NCBI GenBank assembly: GCA_001949185.1
Contig: BDGG01000004.1
Coordinates: 2,195,620 to 2,259,619, forward strand
Source of the DNA: Ramazzottius varieornatus
Lineage: Eukaryota > Animalia > Tardigrada
Direction of reading: 5' to 3'
Length of the DNA: 64,000 nucleotides
Each line of letters opens with the position of its first letter. The stretch's first letter is position 1. Positions 62,675 to 64,000 of this stretch are shown piece by piece. A program made the translations under genes and the position numbers. A model generated the notes under the pieces. The model was not told the DNA's origin and searched no databases. It saw nothing but the letters and a program-made list of their open reading frames with translations.

Positions 62675-63875
62675 TTACATAACAAACAAGTTAAATGACC
62701 TGACATATGGTATGACGTCAACCAGATGGCTACCTACATCGACTAAGTTAACTTCTCTCAGCAGGAAATAAACCAAAATAAGGACTAGCAAATACCACTT
62801 CGTAAACTTTGATTTACTTTCCCCGTCGAGTATCCGGTCTGGTACCTGAATATCCTGCTTCTCGAAGGACAGTTCCGCAAGCGTCTGGAGCCGAATAGTG
62901 GGACGATGTCGTTCTGCACCTTCCGAGGCGGGGAAAAGTTCCGCGATCACTTCGAAGCTGGTACGTAAACAGCTCAGTCTAGAAACTCTAGCGTACCACA
63001 AAGTCCAAATTAAACACCCAAATATAACGGTAATCGCACTTACCTCGCATTGTTGGGCAAAGAGAATAAGACGTACTGCCGAAACAGGAACTTTGGCTTT
63101 TCGTTTTTCGTTCACTCAATCGTGCTCATGATCACATTCAGCCCGGACGATTTCGTTTATTCTGCTTCTTCAAGGAGTTTACGCGTGCTCCGTGTGCGGC
63201 TTCGAGCTTTTCCCAAGCATTTCCAAATATGAACACTCCTCTCCATGGCCGGCGTTTTCAAGAACCATGCATCCCGACAGCGTGAAGAAGGAGCCGGAAG
63301 TGATCCCGCAGAGCAAACCCAATGCCCTAAAAGTACGTACTAAATCAAAGAGTGACAGGTTGCATCTCACAACAAGGTAAGACCATTCGAGGATAAGTTT
63401 ACCATAAAACTTTACATTCGTCAGGTGTCATGCGGCCAGTGTGGACAAGGTCTGGGACATGAATTCCTCCAGGATGGTCCAGACGGTGGTTCCCGCTTTT
63501 GAATATTCTCGGACAGTCTCCAGTTCGTAGCAAAGCCGTCAAAGGTTGTTCTGGGAAGCGACGAAACTGATACACTTGCGCAAGAAAAGTCTTAGTGATG
63601 AGATCTATAGTACCTGCTAGACGAAAAGACGACAGGGGACAAATGAATTTTCCCAGCGAAACCTCCCATCCGAGGAGCTGTGCTAAAGGATGCGATCCCT
63701 CGTCGTCAACCTGCCGAAGCTTTCGTCTTCTTTGTTGTCTGCTTATCCAACTCGAACAAAATAATGCCTTCCCCACAAGCATGTTTACAGTCATATTCGT
63801 TGGATTTTTAGAGCTTCCTGAAAACATGAAACAGTTGAAAGTTGAAAGGAGTCTCTGACCAAGTAAACTGAGAAC
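62675..63875 (-). CDS. Possible multi-exon gene of unknown function
   Basis: Open stretches bounded by plausible GT/AG sites (63875-63663, about 63567-63403, about 63327-63180, 62965-62845, 62763-62675). I could not build one consistent model, and no family was recognised. Confidence 0.3.
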
Positions 63876-64000
63876 CTGAAATGAGAGTGGGCATCGGGCG
63901 CTGCAGCGGTAGCGACCAATCAAAAGGACGGCAATCAACCGTTTGATGAACGGAGCACCGCATCCGCCTGATTGAGATTGACCCGAGCGAGCCGGGCCCC

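Overview
Gene-dense eukaryotic (invertebrate, probably ecdysozoan) DNA with many short GT-AG introns of about 50-100 bp. The compact layout is tardigrade-like, but the species cannot be fixed from the sequence. The ORF track mostly shows exon fragments, so I spliced the genes by eye. Genes in order: ZMPSTE24 (5'-truncated), MLF-like, FAM136A, a divergent prefoldin-3/VBP1-like gene, TRAPPC10, an orphan gene, nucleobindin, class II PI3K, an atypical ZnT/SLC30, PDE6D, a gogo/THSD1-like receptor, a divergent RPC8/RPB7-family subunit, cactin, PTDSS2, a Mnt-like bHLH-ZIP, an atypical soluble guanylate cyclase ending in a CAAX box, a CAPA/PRXamide neuropeptide precursor, and an intronless prokaryote-type TM1410/GH114-like gene. 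Eight DNA transposons or MITEs can be delimited by TIRs plus target-site duplications. The highlight is 19659-25534: a 5-kb Mutator-like element nested inside two hAT-type MITEs. It carries a spliced DDE/SWIM transposase remnant, intron-restricted 21-24-bp repeat arrays, and a convergent second gene encoding an MRG15/Eaf3-type chromo-barrel (Tudor-knot) domain in which two conserved Trp codons read TAG. All family calls come from recalled motifs; no database search was run.
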